Assembly: GCA_965140445.1 (NCBI GenBank)
Contig: OZ223236.1
Location: 3,714,498 to 3,778,497, forward strand
Source: Candidatus Ozemobacteraceae bacterium
Lineage (GTDB): Bacteria; Muiribacteriota; Ozemobacteria; Ozemobacterales; Ozemobacteraceae
DNA length: 64,000 nucleotides
Direction of reading: 5' to 3'
Position numbers and translations under genes: made by a program. Below, in pieces: positions 11,101-19,628 of the stretch (the first letter of the stretch is position 1; every line of letters starts with the position of its first letter). Below the pieces are notes generated by a model that was not told where the DNA came from, made no database searches, and worked only from the letters and a program-made list of their open reading frames with translations.

Positions 11101-11327
11101 ACACCGGCTGGCGAGAAATGCTTGCCAACTGGTATGTCTATTACGGAATGGATGGAGCAGGCAATGCATTTAGAGGCATATCTGCTGGTCTGGAAGGCTA
11201 TATGAAAAATAATTTATTCTGGCGATTAGCTGGAGATTTAAGAGATTCTTCACAAACAGGAACCCCAGGAGCACGCCCCTATAACTATTGGGACTACACA
11301 GCTTCTATTGAATGGAGGGGATGGTAA
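8181..11327 (+). CDS. pelB: PelB-like exopolysaccharide export protein: signal peptide, long TPR array, C-terminal outer-membrane beta-barrel.
   Basis: Track ORF starts at a TTG (8172). ATGs at 8181 or 8211 give the signal peptide MSKIVKNLFILTLSLLLFFPSFLWGA. Residues ~50-700 are TPR-like (repeated AxxYxxLL / Y-K-x-A patterns). The last ~330 aa are Y/W/N/S/R-rich and end ...WDYTASIEWRGW, a typical OM-barrel C-terminal aromatic. Translationally coupled to pelD/E/F/G. PgaA and BcsC have similar architecture, so the PelB call rests on context. Confidence 0.6.
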   Translation: MLKSNFSKKKMSKIVKNLFILTLSLLLFFPSFLWGAILPYPEVVNSQKYDQEELYRLYKFYKIRPATVDLCQRIADKLEGMDAIELAIEWHKHTLELPLKPEIRSKINKKIEELSNYSPEMKQNLPLTEKDKLIASATILEDSNSPDQSAINYLQAYELSKEPQLLVAAIERFSWASKPSSALKAYEKLLRTKGYKTTTTDLQKMGELAEWATNYPKALYYYKRVFKRSPSLANGEKVVQAHLALNENAEAASLMEKLILKYPRSKGLRAQLVDIYSWQGKTDKATALLEQLPSRYLTLERLFMRASEYLKTSQNEKCLKDCDSIILKKRRKTAPENAIKAAIIAISSIQQTKTSTNASKYKDVIVRNFKYLRKTGSLEPFELVTVFRVLAENAEAKNDLNQAASYREKLLFVEDSDQESLLKLAEIYTKQNNLSSAIKAYEKLLKITPEDPYLKNDLSQLYIKTGQAWKSVQILEGAYQAGESPELHRQELLNAYKANNNKRKIASFLQENQQDFQVERRELINAYLEAGENWEAAQLILKELEQNPFDDDLAKTLKELSPYYPQQYKTFKKHEQQWIEKSYNKQIASITLALEKNPVNVSLLKERAAVYTYLNKPDRAMQDYKLVFKISKGEVDSLKKAIETGEWAGKSPEVKELRKSLNRIEPENASNTQALAQLYASDQDFSKSYELFKSLENNSSLDPVILNTSAFQSYEWSGRSHSTKKLIDELRNKIQNHKDNFAKKSYKSQKNHLRANIGPVFRTSFNFFHDTSDLYDSRFNIFSRFNVQQNSLMEFEMRDHSFTWDGTTQRSFKGSSFSLRKKHTNLKRDLTYGLNLLRDRIDNDTAIYLPEVSYRFKGHKKWTELGFSENVIFDTPESMRQNIKYRKLSVTHQREINKYNDLRLYYEVGRNSEKIDKHLYSLTWDHVLGNDPFRSIQYSYTVEDSDLEFDDRFYYEDYLQTHQIGWYGEQKVKNTGWREMLANWYVYYGMDGAGNAFRGISAGLEGYMKNNLFWRLAGDLRDSSQTGTPGARPYNYWDYTASIEWRGW

Positions 11328-12766
11328 TGTTAAATAGAAATAAGCACCCCCTTTGGCCTTATCTAGAAGCAGTAATCTTTATAGCAATTCTGTCAGCGAT
11401 TGATTTTTATTTTTTCCCTGATAATGCTGGATTCAGAGGAGCTTCATTTAATCCACTTTGGATACCAGTCATATTAATTTCTGGCAGATATGGAACAGCA
11501 CCAGCAATTTTCACGGGACTCTTATGTAGCTTTTATTATTATTACACAACAAATTTAGAAAACTTCTTTTTTGGAGAATTCTCCTTATCATCTTCAGACA
11601 AATTGTTGATGTTTTGTTTCCTTTTTTTTGGTGCCTGGATGGGCCAAATGTATGACAGGATCATATATCGCTATTTCAGCCTTGAATCTGACCATCAAGA
11701 TTTGCAGGAGCAATTTGATAATCTTTATCAGCATTACAAAGCTTCAAAGGAAACCAATAAAGAACTTGAAAAAAAACTTATTAAAAAGCATACAACGGTT
11801 TCAAATCTTTATTCCATGGCCAAAAACCTTGAAAGTCTTAAAGAAGAAGAACTTTATAAAGCAACTTTAGATCTGGTTGAAAGATTTATTCATGCCAGAA
11901 AAGGCGCATTCTATCTCAAGAATAAAGATGGGAAGTTATTCCCGGTAGCATCGTTTGGATATGAAGAAGACCCAACCGATATGCTTACTCAGAAAGCAGA
12001 AAAAAACGCCTTGATTCAGCAAGCAATAAAAAGTGACCTGCCAATATCTTTTCTGGATGGATTTAAAAATCAGCCCGAACTCGAAGAATCTGAAAAATGC
12101 CTCCTTGCCGCTCCAATAAAGTTATTAAGCTCTGCCGAAAATGTGGGTCTAATAACGATCGACGATTCATCTTTCATCAACCTGAATGCTGGAAACATGA
12201 GGATTCTTGGAATTATAGCGGATTGGGTTGCAAATGCTATCCAAAAAAGCAAACTTGTTGCGGATTTAAAGGAAAAAGAAATTAGTGATGCGCTTTCAGG
12301 AACTTATTCTTACAAGTTTTATCTCACAAGATTGAGTGAAGAAGCCAGCAGATTTATGCGCCACGGCACTCCATTTACGATGGTACTTATGGAATTAAAA
12401 GACTTTAAAAAACTCCCTGAAGAAGCTCAAAAGTCTACTTTAAAAACCCTTGGCGAAATCTTTAAAAGATCCATTCGCTATCATGATCTCATTTGCCGTT
12501 ACAAGACTTTAGGTATTTTCGCTTTTCTCTTTCCGTTGTCAGAGGAAGCAGACAGCTCTTTCCATATGAAACGATTAATCAGCAATATTCAAAATTATCA
12601 CCTTAAACCTTTTAAAAATGGAAAAGAGCTAGATATTAAGGTGGTCTTCCAGACAGTTAAGGATCAGCAACCTGTAACGCTTTATCGTTTGCCACCATCA
12701 GAAGCAGCTGAGATACTGATTGATCATATAGACAGATTAATGGAAAATAATGAAAAGACTGCTTAA
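11312..12766 (+). CDS. pelD: PelD-like c-di-GMP receptor: 4 TM helices, GAF-like middle, degenerate GGDEF with intact RxxD I-site.
   Basis: 484 aa. N-terminal hydrophobic segments. C-terminal GGDEF-fold alignment: DALSGTYSYKFYLTRLSEEASRF...MELKDFKKL...RYHDLICRYKTLGIFAFLFP. That is RxxD (RYHD) followed by RY-KTLGIF where active cyclases have RY-GGEEF. Overlaps pelB by 16 nt. Confidence 0.6.
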   Translation: MEGMVMLNRNKHPLWPYLEAVIFIAILSAIDFYFFPDNAGFRGASFNPLWIPVILISGRYGTAPAIFTGLLCSFYYYYTTNLENFFFGEFSLSSSDKLLMFCFLFFGAWMGQMYDRIIYRYFSLESDHQDLQEQFDNLYQHYKASKETNKELEKKLIKKHTTVSNLYSMAKNLESLKEEELYKATLDLVERFIHARKGAFYLKNKDGKLFPVASFGYEEDPTDMLTQKAEKNALIQQAIKSDLPISFLDGFKNQPELEESEKCLLAAPIKLLSSAENVGLITIDDSSFINLNAGNMRILGIIADWVANAIQKSKLVADLKEKEISDALSGTYSYKFYLTRLSEEASRFMRHGTPFTMVLMELKDFKKLPEEAQKSTLKTLGEIFKRSIRYHDLICRYKTLGIFAFLFPLSEEADSSFHMKRLISNIQNYHLKPFKNGKELDIKVVFQTVKDQQPVTLYRLPPSEAAEILIDHIDRLMENNEKTA

Positions 12767-13934
12767 CATAGTTGCTATTATAATAGGCCTCATTGCAAAC
12801 CTGGTAGAGCTTTATTCCGTATGGCTCCTAACATTATCAAAAGAGCCTGTTTCTTTTGTTAATTCTCTAGTTTTACATCTTGTTGCCTCTATTTTAATAT
12901 TCATCGCTGTAGCCTTTAGCTTTAAAAAGGTTCAAAAAGAAACACCAGATGACAATAAACTCGCAGAGCAAGAGACTGAGGAAGAGTTTGAGCACATAGT
13001 TCACCCCGAAATTGAAATACTGGAAAGAGCAGAAAAAGAGTTAGAAACCAAAGAAACTGAACAGGTAAAAAACCCACTATTGTGGCCTTCCTTTTTCCTT
13101 TCCTTCTTTCTTCCTATTTTTGGTGTTTTGGTAACCTCAGTGTTGGCAATTCTTATCTCCCCAAACGAAAAGAAAGAGTCAGAAGTGTTTGACGATTACA
13201 TTGATTATATAAGATTAAATGCATCAGACAGGCCAAGATTTAGCTCAATTAATTTTGAATCTCATGTTGCTGGAAAACTTAATTTAGAGCCAATTGTTGA
13301 TTTACTGAGCTCAAACAAGAAAAGTGTTGTCTGGGGTTCATTGGAAAACCTTTCGCATCGAAGCGATAGCCTGGCGGTTTCATTAATCAAACAAACCATT
13401 CAACGAAGTGATATGGATATTAAATATCTTTCCAGCCTTGGACTTGACAGAATTGAGAGTTCATTTTCCAAAAAGTTGGCATTACAAAGAACAGCCTTAA
13501 AAAAGGACAGTTCAATAGAAAATTATTTAAATCTGTTTAAAATAGTTCTTCAATATATTAACTCAGGGCTCCTTGACAAAGAATTGAGTGAAAATCTTAT
13601 TATTGAAACGCTTGAATCAATAAGCCAGGCAAATGAAACTTATCCTGGAAATCCCACCATAGATTCTTATAAAGCAACTCTATTGCTAAATTTAAATAGA
13701 TTAGAAGAAGCAGGAGAAATCTTTAAAAACCTTATAGATAAAAAAATGCTTGCAGATAATTTTAAAATACAGGCCTGTGAGGTCTTTTTTCAAAAAGCAG
13801 ACCTGGAAATAGTAGAAAAGCTGATAGCTGAACTGACTAACAATGAATTTAATCAGGGCTTCATTGAAAAGGTTCAATTTGAAACAGAGCTTTCTGATTT
13901 AAGAGAATTCTGGCTCAAGGAAGAGAATATTTAA
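12750..13934 (+). CDS. pelE: PelE-like inner-membrane TPR protein.
   Basis: 394 aa. 2-3 N-terminal TM helices (IVAIIIGLIANLV..., LVLHLVASILIFIAVAF, FFLSFFLPIFGVLVTSVLAILI) followed by a helical TPR-like domain. Position between pelD and pelF. No family-specific motif was recognisable, so this is a context call. Confidence 0.4.
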   Translation: MKRLLNIVAIIIGLIANLVELYSVWLLTLSKEPVSFVNSLVLHLVASILIFIAVAFSFKKVQKETPDDNKLAEQETEEEFEHIVHPEIEILERAEKELETKETEQVKNPLLWPSFFLSFFLPIFGVLVTSVLAILISPNEKKESEVFDDYIDYIRLNASDRPRFSSINFESHVAGKLNLEPIVDLLSSNKKSVVWGSLENLSHRSDSLAVSLIKQTIQRSDMDIKYLSSLGLDRIESSFSKKLALQRTALKKDSSIENYLNLFKIVLQYINSGLLDKELSENLIIETLESISQANETYPGNPTIDSYKATLLLNLNRLEEAGEIFKNLIDKKMLADNFKIQACEVFFQKADLEIVEKLIAELTNNEFNQGFIEKVQFETELSDLREFWLKEENI

Positions 13935-13935
13935 A

Positions 13936-15453
13936 GTGACTAATAAAGAATTTCCACAGGTAGACATTGAACTGGTATTGGAAGGAAGCTATCCGTATGT
14001 AACCGGAGGGGTTTCAGCCTGGACTCATAGATTAATAAAAGGAATGCCTGAAAAAACCTTTGGCATTGTACATTTAGCCTCGCGGCCGGCAGACACGGTT
14101 AAAATGAAGTTTGACCTGCCCGAAAATGTCTTGTATCTGCACCATATTTATATTCACGATCCCTCTTTTATGGCTGGAAAAAGCTGTAAAGAAATAGAGG
14201 GGAATAAATTTTATAACAGCATGTATAATATGCATATTGAAGCGAGACACGGGAGCGTTCTGAAGTTTAAAGATCTGGTAACCAAACTGACTTCAGATAA
14301 ATGCATTTCATCTTTAAAGGAAATGTTTTACAGTGAAAAGGCATTTGCTCTGTTAATAGCCCTTTACAAAAAAGGCTTTGAAAATAGCTCATTCATTGAT
14401 TTTTTCTGGACCTGGCGTTACATGCACGTTCCGCTATTTCAGATTTTTCAAACAAAAAAAACAAGACCTAAAATAATTCATGCGGCTTCAACTGGCTATG
14501 CTGGTTTTTATGCTGCCATGAGAAAAATGGTTGATAATATTCCGTTTCTGCTTACCGAACATGGCATATACACTCGAGAGCGAGCCATAGAAATAGTGCG
14601 TTCAGAAACCATTTTTACGGAAAACACAGAGGATAGCCAGATAAATTTTGATCAAGGCACCTTTAAGCGTCTATGGTTAAGCTTTTTTGAGGTCATTGGA
14701 AAATGGACTTACCAAACAGCAGATCAAATCATTACTCTCTTTGAAGGCAATAAAAACGCTCAAATTGACTTGGGTGCCCCCGCAGAAAGAATTGAGATTA
14801 TTCCAAACGGGATTTCGCTCGATCAGTTTATGGGAATAAGAAAGAAAGGCCTGCCAAATAAAGAAAGTCTACAGATTGGTTTTGTTGGCAGAGTCGTTTC
14901 AATCAAGGATTTAAAAACACTTTTAAGATCCATGAAAATTGTAACTTTAAAATACCCAAAAGCCATACTTCATATTATTGGGCCACTTGAAGAAGAAAAA
15001 GAATATGCCAAAGCAATGATAAGACTTTCGCACGACCTTGGAATCTCAGATAACGTAAAATTTCATGGCACACAAAATGTAAAAGTGTTCTACCAGGATC
15101 TTGACTTGCTTGTATTCACCTCAATATCTGAAGGACAGCCTTTAACAATGCTGGAAGCGATGGCTGCAGGTCTTCCAATTGTTGGAACAGACGTGGGTGG
15201 ATGTAGGGAGCTGGTAGAAGGAAGAACAGAAGCCGACCAGGAGCTGGGCGCCTGTGGGATTATTACCAACCTTTCTGCTCCGGGAGAAACTGCAAGGGCA
15301 ATAATAGATATTTTAACCAGCAAAGATTTATTTCAAGCAATGGTAGTCTCTGGTAGAGAGCGTGTTAAAGCTTATTACTCCCAGGAAAATGTATTGCAAT
15401 CTTACAAGGCAATCTATGAAAAAAATCTGACTATGGTTTCAGGGAAAAACTGA
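13936..15453 (+). CDS. pelF: PelF-type GT4 glycosyltransferase.
   Basis: 505 aa. N-terminal EGSYPYVTGGVSAWTHRLI (PelF/DUF3492-like). C-terminal GT4 motif region EGQPLTMLEAMAAGLPIVGTDVGG. Confidence 0.8.
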   Translation: MTNKEFPQVDIELVLEGSYPYVTGGVSAWTHRLIKGMPEKTFGIVHLASRPADTVKMKFDLPENVLYLHHIYIHDPSFMAGKSCKEIEGNKFYNSMYNMHIEARHGSVLKFKDLVTKLTSDKCISSLKEMFYSEKAFALLIALYKKGFENSSFIDFFWTWRYMHVPLFQIFQTKKTRPKIIHAASTGYAGFYAAMRKMVDNIPFLLTEHGIYTRERAIEIVRSETIFTENTEDSQINFDQGTFKRLWLSFFEVIGKWTYQTADQIITLFEGNKNAQIDLGAPAERIEIIPNGISLDQFMGIRKKGLPNKESLQIGFVGRVVSIKDLKTLLRSMKIVTLKYPKAILHIIGPLEEEKEYAKAMIRLSHDLGISDNVKFHGTQNVKVFYQDLDLLVFTSISEGQPLTMLEAMAAGLPIVGTDVGGCRELVEGRTEADQELGACGIITNLSAPGETARAIIDILTSKDLFQAMVVSGRERVKAYYSQENVLQSYKAIYEKNLTMVSGKN

Positions 15454-15454
15454 T

Positions 15455-16894
15455 ATGGCAGGAATTGGATTTAGACTTCAAAGACTTGTTGACCACGGGT
15501 CCTATACTTTTAGTTTGCGTGGATTTCTTTTCGCAACTTTTCTTGTTGCCGGCCCCTGGATTACCACGATTGCAGTAATCAGTATTTTTTCAAACTTCAC
15601 TCACCTTGGCGGACTTGATTACGACATTTTTAGAACCTCAATTATTTATTTTTATGCCTTTTCTCTTATTTTAACAGGCCTCTATCAAATGCCTCTCACT
15701 CGCTACCTAGCAGATGAGTTGTTTGCTGAACGCCTTGAATCTCTAGTTTCATCCTATCTTGGAATGATAGTCTTCGTTTCTATTACTCAAGGGGTTTTTG
15801 CAGCAATTTACGCCAGTTTTATTCCCCTATCGCTTTTATACAAAACCCTTTTTGTAACAGGTTCTGTTACAGTGGCTCTTCTGTGGCTGGCTGGCATTTT
15901 TTTAAGCTGCTTACGCGATTTTGAATATATTGGCTGGATCTATATTTTTGGTGGGTTAATAAGTCTTGCTGCTGGAATCCATCTTGAGCCCTATTTTGGC
16001 ATGGAAGGCACCTTAGCCGGCTTTATCACTGGCCAGCTTCTTACCTGGTTGGGTATTTCCTGGAGAATTTGCGTTGAATTGGGCGAAGGAAAAATGCAGA
16101 CCAGCTTTGAGTGCCTAAATTCGCTCAAAAACTACAAACTTCATCTTATAACTGGCCTTTCATACAACCTCGCAATATGGCTGGACAAATTCATCTTTTG
16201 GTTCTCAGATATTGGCTCAGAAGCAGTAAAAGGCTTACACTATTTTCAAAACTATGACGTGCCAATTTTTCTTGCCTATGTTTTCGTTATTCCCGGATTA
16301 GGAATTTTCCTAACTAGAGTAGAAACTGATTTTTATAGAACTTACAGGGCTTTTTATGGGGCTATTCTTGAGAAAAAACCTCTCAAAATGATCATTGCCA
16401 AATATAAGGATATTAAATCTACGATTGATCTAACTACCTGGGAACTAATAAGAATCCAGGGAGCAATAGCAGCCATAATATATATTTTTGCCCCAGAACT
16501 GCTTCGCCTAATCCACTATTCAACAGATTTTACAAGCGTCCTGCGCTGGGGAATTCTGGCGGCCTTTTTTCAGGTTCTTTTCCTGGTCTATTCTCTACTT
16601 TTGCTTTACTTTGAATTCCGTTGTGAAGCTACAGCATGCAATCTAATGTTTTTATTCATAAACGTTATTTTTACTTATCTTACTGTCGCATACAGAATGG
16701 AATGGGCCTACGGAGCCGGCTACTTTTTGTCAACTTGTATTGCCGCGCTGTCTGCGAGATTTATCCTCTATCACCGATTAAAAAAGCTTATTTTTTACAC
16801 TTTTATGACCCAGAAAATGCCTGGAGAAATAAATTCTTCTTTGCTTGAACTGGACATGCAAGTGCGTGGAAACACCCTTTTTAAGGAAGAATAA
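15455..16894 (+). CDS. pelG: PelG polysaccharide exporter-like polytopic membrane protein.
   Basis: 479 aa with ~12 hydrophobic segments. N-terminus MAGIGFRLQRL, the characteristic PelG-family start. 1-nt gap to pelF. Confidence 0.75.
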   Translation: MAGIGFRLQRLVDHGSYTFSLRGFLFATFLVAGPWITTIAVISIFSNFTHLGGLDYDIFRTSIIYFYAFSLILTGLYQMPLTRYLADELFAERLESLVSSYLGMIVFVSITQGVFAAIYASFIPLSLLYKTLFVTGSVTVALLWLAGIFLSCLRDFEYIGWIYIFGGLISLAAGIHLEPYFGMEGTLAGFITGQLLTWLGISWRICVELGEGKMQTSFECLNSLKNYKLHLITGLSYNLAIWLDKFIFWFSDIGSEAVKGLHYFQNYDVPIFLAYVFVIPGLGIFLTRVETDFYRTYRAFYGAILEKKPLKMIIAKYKDIKSTIDLTTWELIRIQGAIAAIIYIFAPELLRLIHYSTDFTSVLRWGILAAFFQVLFLVYSLLLLYFEFRCEATACNLMFLFINVIFTYLTVAYRMEWAYGAGYFLSTCIAALSARFILYHRLKKLIFYTFMTQKMPGEINSSLLELDMQVRGNTLFKEE

Positions 16895-16895
16895 G

Positions 16896-18746
16896 ATGAA
16901 ATTTTTTTTAAAAAAAGTTCTGTTTCTTTATTTTATTCTGGTTATTTCGACAGCTTTTTGTGAAGCCAGGACACAGCAATTTCTCATGATTGAAGACAGT
17001 GAATCAGAAGCTTCCAAAACCATATCATATAACTTAAAAAAAACCATGGCCGACGCGAGCCTGGCAACGCGAGCAATAGACAAAAAAGAGCTCCTGGATT
17101 TTTCCTTTGAAATGGTATCTGAGTTTTCCGGAATTGTATTTACCAGCGACAGCAGTTCCGACTATCTATATGGTCCAGATGCAATAAGGTTTGTGGAAGA
17201 AGGCGGAACAATGGTTTTTGCCCACCATTCATATCCAGAAGACTACATTGAAAAATTTGGGATTAAACCTGTCACAACTATAGCCAACCTATGGAATTCT
17301 GCTAAAGGAATAAAATCGGTTAAACCTGTATTCAGAGAAACCAGGTTTGAGTTAGCTACAGGAAGCTTTACAACTGGCTGCATGAACATTTCCTTTTCTA
17401 AAGAATGGGAGCAACTCTTGAGTTTTGCTGAACCGGATATTCCTTTGCTTGCAACAAGAAAATTTGGCAATGGCAGTGTCGTATACTGGAACTCATCATG
17501 TTTAAGCTCTAAACTTTATCGTGGGATTTTTCTGTTTTCATTATTAAAATCACTACCAGTCTCGGCGATGAGTGTTCACAATGCTTTTTTAATGCACCTT
17601 GATGACTCTCCTCCACCTGCTTATGGAATAATGGAAGGGCCAGTTGCCCGAGATCTGGGGATGAAGGATTACGACTTTCATAAAAGAGTATGGGTTAAGC
17701 AGGTTTTTCCTATTCTTGATTCGTATAAGCTAGCGCTGACACATTTCTTAACCTTCACCTATGATGGCAAAATTCAAGGTCCGTTTCAAAAAAAGTCGGA
17801 CAGAGAACCTTTTTTTTCAGATTATTTGAAATTACTTCGTGAAAGAGGAGACGACTTTGGATTTCATGGTTACAATCATCAATCTTTAACTATGGGAAAA
17901 AGTCCATCCACACCCTGGACAAGTAGAAAAGAAATGGCTGATTCGGTCAGAACTGGTTATCAGCTTTGGAATGAAATGGGCTTGCCGCCGACACTTGCCT
18001 ATGTCCCACCAAACAATGTGATTGATGAAACAGGGAAACTGGTTATTTCTGAGGAATTTCCATCCATCAGGGTTATTTGCAGGGTTTACAACGATGGTGA
18101 TGAATATTATTCAAGAAATTCATCTGGCTTTTTAGCAGGAATTGGAAAAGTTAACAACGAAGCCATGAAAAAGATTCTAAGTCTTTATGCGAGCAGGCGT
18201 GCTATGACATCACCAAAAGCCAGAGAATTCTTTAGAGGTGATGAATATGGGGTTGACCCAGAAAACCCCAAATTTCTTAACCTGCCCCGTCTTTCAAGCG
18301 GACACTTCTTAACTGAATTTGAACAGGCTTTCATTCTTAATGGAATAATGGCACATGGGATCGCTGTCCATTTCTTTCATCCTGATGACATTTATGATCC
18401 TTCCAGACGTGAAAAAAGCTGGGAATACACCTTAGCCGCATTAAAGCGTTTACTCATATTTTTTAATAAAAACTTCGATTTTGCCAGGAAAATTCATACT
18501 TCCAGTTTTTTAACGGACTTTAAAAAATATGTCTTTGGAAATGCAGAAATTCAAATTGAGAATAGCAATTTGTTAAAAATTAAAACTGATGGTCGAAGAT
18601 TCTTTTACCTTTTTTGTGGGAACAATAAATCTGTAGAACCACTTATTGAAGGTGGAAAAATTCTTTCAAAAGTAGATGAGAACGTTTATTTAATTGAATT
18701 GTCTGGCAAAGAAGCCAGCGTAGAGTTCCAGCGAAAAATGAATTAA
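16896..18746 (+). CDS. Secreted PelA-like polysaccharide deacetylase (CE4-like) protein, paralog 1.
   Basis: Start moved to the ATG at 16896 (MKFFLKKVLFLYFILVISTAFCEA signal peptide; RBS AAGGAAG); the track start at 16845 overlaps pelG. CE4-like motifs: LMHLDDSPP (DD metal/acid motif) and FHGYNHQSL (HxxxH). ~60% identical to 19629-21473. Confidence 0.55.
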   Translation: MKFFLKKVLFLYFILVISTAFCEARTQQFLMIEDSESEASKTISYNLKKTMADASLATRAIDKKELLDFSFEMVSEFSGIVFTSDSSSDYLYGPDAIRFVEEGGTMVFAHHSYPEDYIEKFGIKPVTTIANLWNSAKGIKSVKPVFRETRFELATGSFTTGCMNISFSKEWEQLLSFAEPDIPLLATRKFGNGSVVYWNSSCLSSKLYRGIFLFSLLKSLPVSAMSVHNAFLMHLDDSPPPAYGIMEGPVARDLGMKDYDFHKRVWVKQVFPILDSYKLALTHFLTFTYDGKIQGPFQKKSDREPFFSDYLKLLRERGDDFGFHGYNHQSLTMGKSPSTPWTSRKEMADSVRTGYQLWNEMGLPPTLAYVPPNNVIDETGKLVISEEFPSIRVICRVYNDGDEYYSRNSSGFLAGIGKVNNEAMKKILSLYASRRAMTSPKAREFFRGDEYGVDPENPKFLNLPRLSSGHFLTEFEQAFILNGIMAHGIAVHFFHPDDIYDPSRREKSWEYTLAALKRLLIFFNKNFDFARKIHTSSFLTDFKKYVFGNAEIQIENSNLLKIKTDGRRFFYLFCGNNKSVEPLIEGGKILSKVDENVYLIELSGKEASVEFQRKMN

Positions 18747-18765
18747 TTTAAAAACTTACAGAATT

Positions 18766-19587
18766 CTAAAAATCAGGAAAAACCTTATCCAGGTCACGTG
18801 TTGAAAAACATGGCAAGAAACCAAGCTTTGCAGCTTTTTCAGAGATTTCTTTCATCTGAAGCCTCTTTCTCGTATATTCAAGTATTCCTACGAACTTGCC
18901 TGCTTTTTTGATTTTAGAAAGCTCTTTTATCTTCTCTTTTTGCCAGGTTTTATCAACTTTTTCTTCCGCCCATGAAGCAAAAAGACCTTCTTGAACAATG
19001 CCATTATAATTGTCCATTATTCTTTTATCCTCGTACAACCCGTGGCTATTCTGAAATAAAAGTATGACTTTGGGATTTGATTTTCGCCACTTTTCTGCAA
19101 GGCGTTCAAGGAAAACAACCATTCTTTCTTTGTATTCTTCAGTATCTTCATAGATTTCCCAGGCATCAGTAATGTCTAAGTAAAAACCGTCAAACCCTTT
19201 TGCCAGTATTTCATCTGAATAGGATTGAATTATATCAAACCACTTTTCTTCCCAGTATTTTACCGGGAAGTTGCCAGTCCATACAGGGTTTTCATTGATT
19301 ATTAAATCTTTAACTTCTGGTTTTTTAAAATAGCTACGGTATTCTTCTGCTTCACCTATAGATAAATAGGCCAAAACATATTTTTTTGTTTTTTTTAAAA
19401 ACTTAATCTCAAAGGGTTTGTATGCATCTGGATCAACTACCACTAAATCTGACGAGGTCTTCAAAACAGAAAATAATCTTTGCTTGTGATAGACGCAAAA
19501 CCAGTTCTTTGGTTTAATATTATCAAGGGCTCCAAAGCATGGAAAGACACAAAGCATTAATGCCAAAAATATTATTCTCTGAATCAT
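18766..19587 (-). CDS. GH114-family glycoside hydrolase (PelA hydrolase-domain-like, TM1410-type TIM barrel), secreted.
   Basis: 273 aa with signal peptide MIQRIIFLALMLCVFPCFG. YLSIGEAEEY and GFDGFYLDITDAWE motifs, typical of GH114 endo-alpha-1,4-hexosaminidases. Confidence 0.6.
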   Translation of the reverse strand: MIQRIIFLALMLCVFPCFGALDNIKPKNWFCVYHKQRLFSVLKTSSDLVVVDPDAYKPFEIKFLKKTKKYVLAYLSIGEAEEYRSYFKKPEVKDLIINENPVWTGNFPVKYWEEKWFDIIQSYSDEILAKGFDGFYLDITDAWEIYEDTEEYKERMVVFLERLAEKWRKSNPKVILLFQNSHGLYEDKRIMDNYNGIVQEGLFASWAEEKVDKTWQKEKIKELSKIKKAGKFVGILEYTRKRLQMKEISEKAAKLGFLPCFSTRDLDKVFPDF

Positions 19588-19628
19588 ATGCTACAATCAA
19601 CCCCAATTAAATTTTAAAAGCAAAAAAA

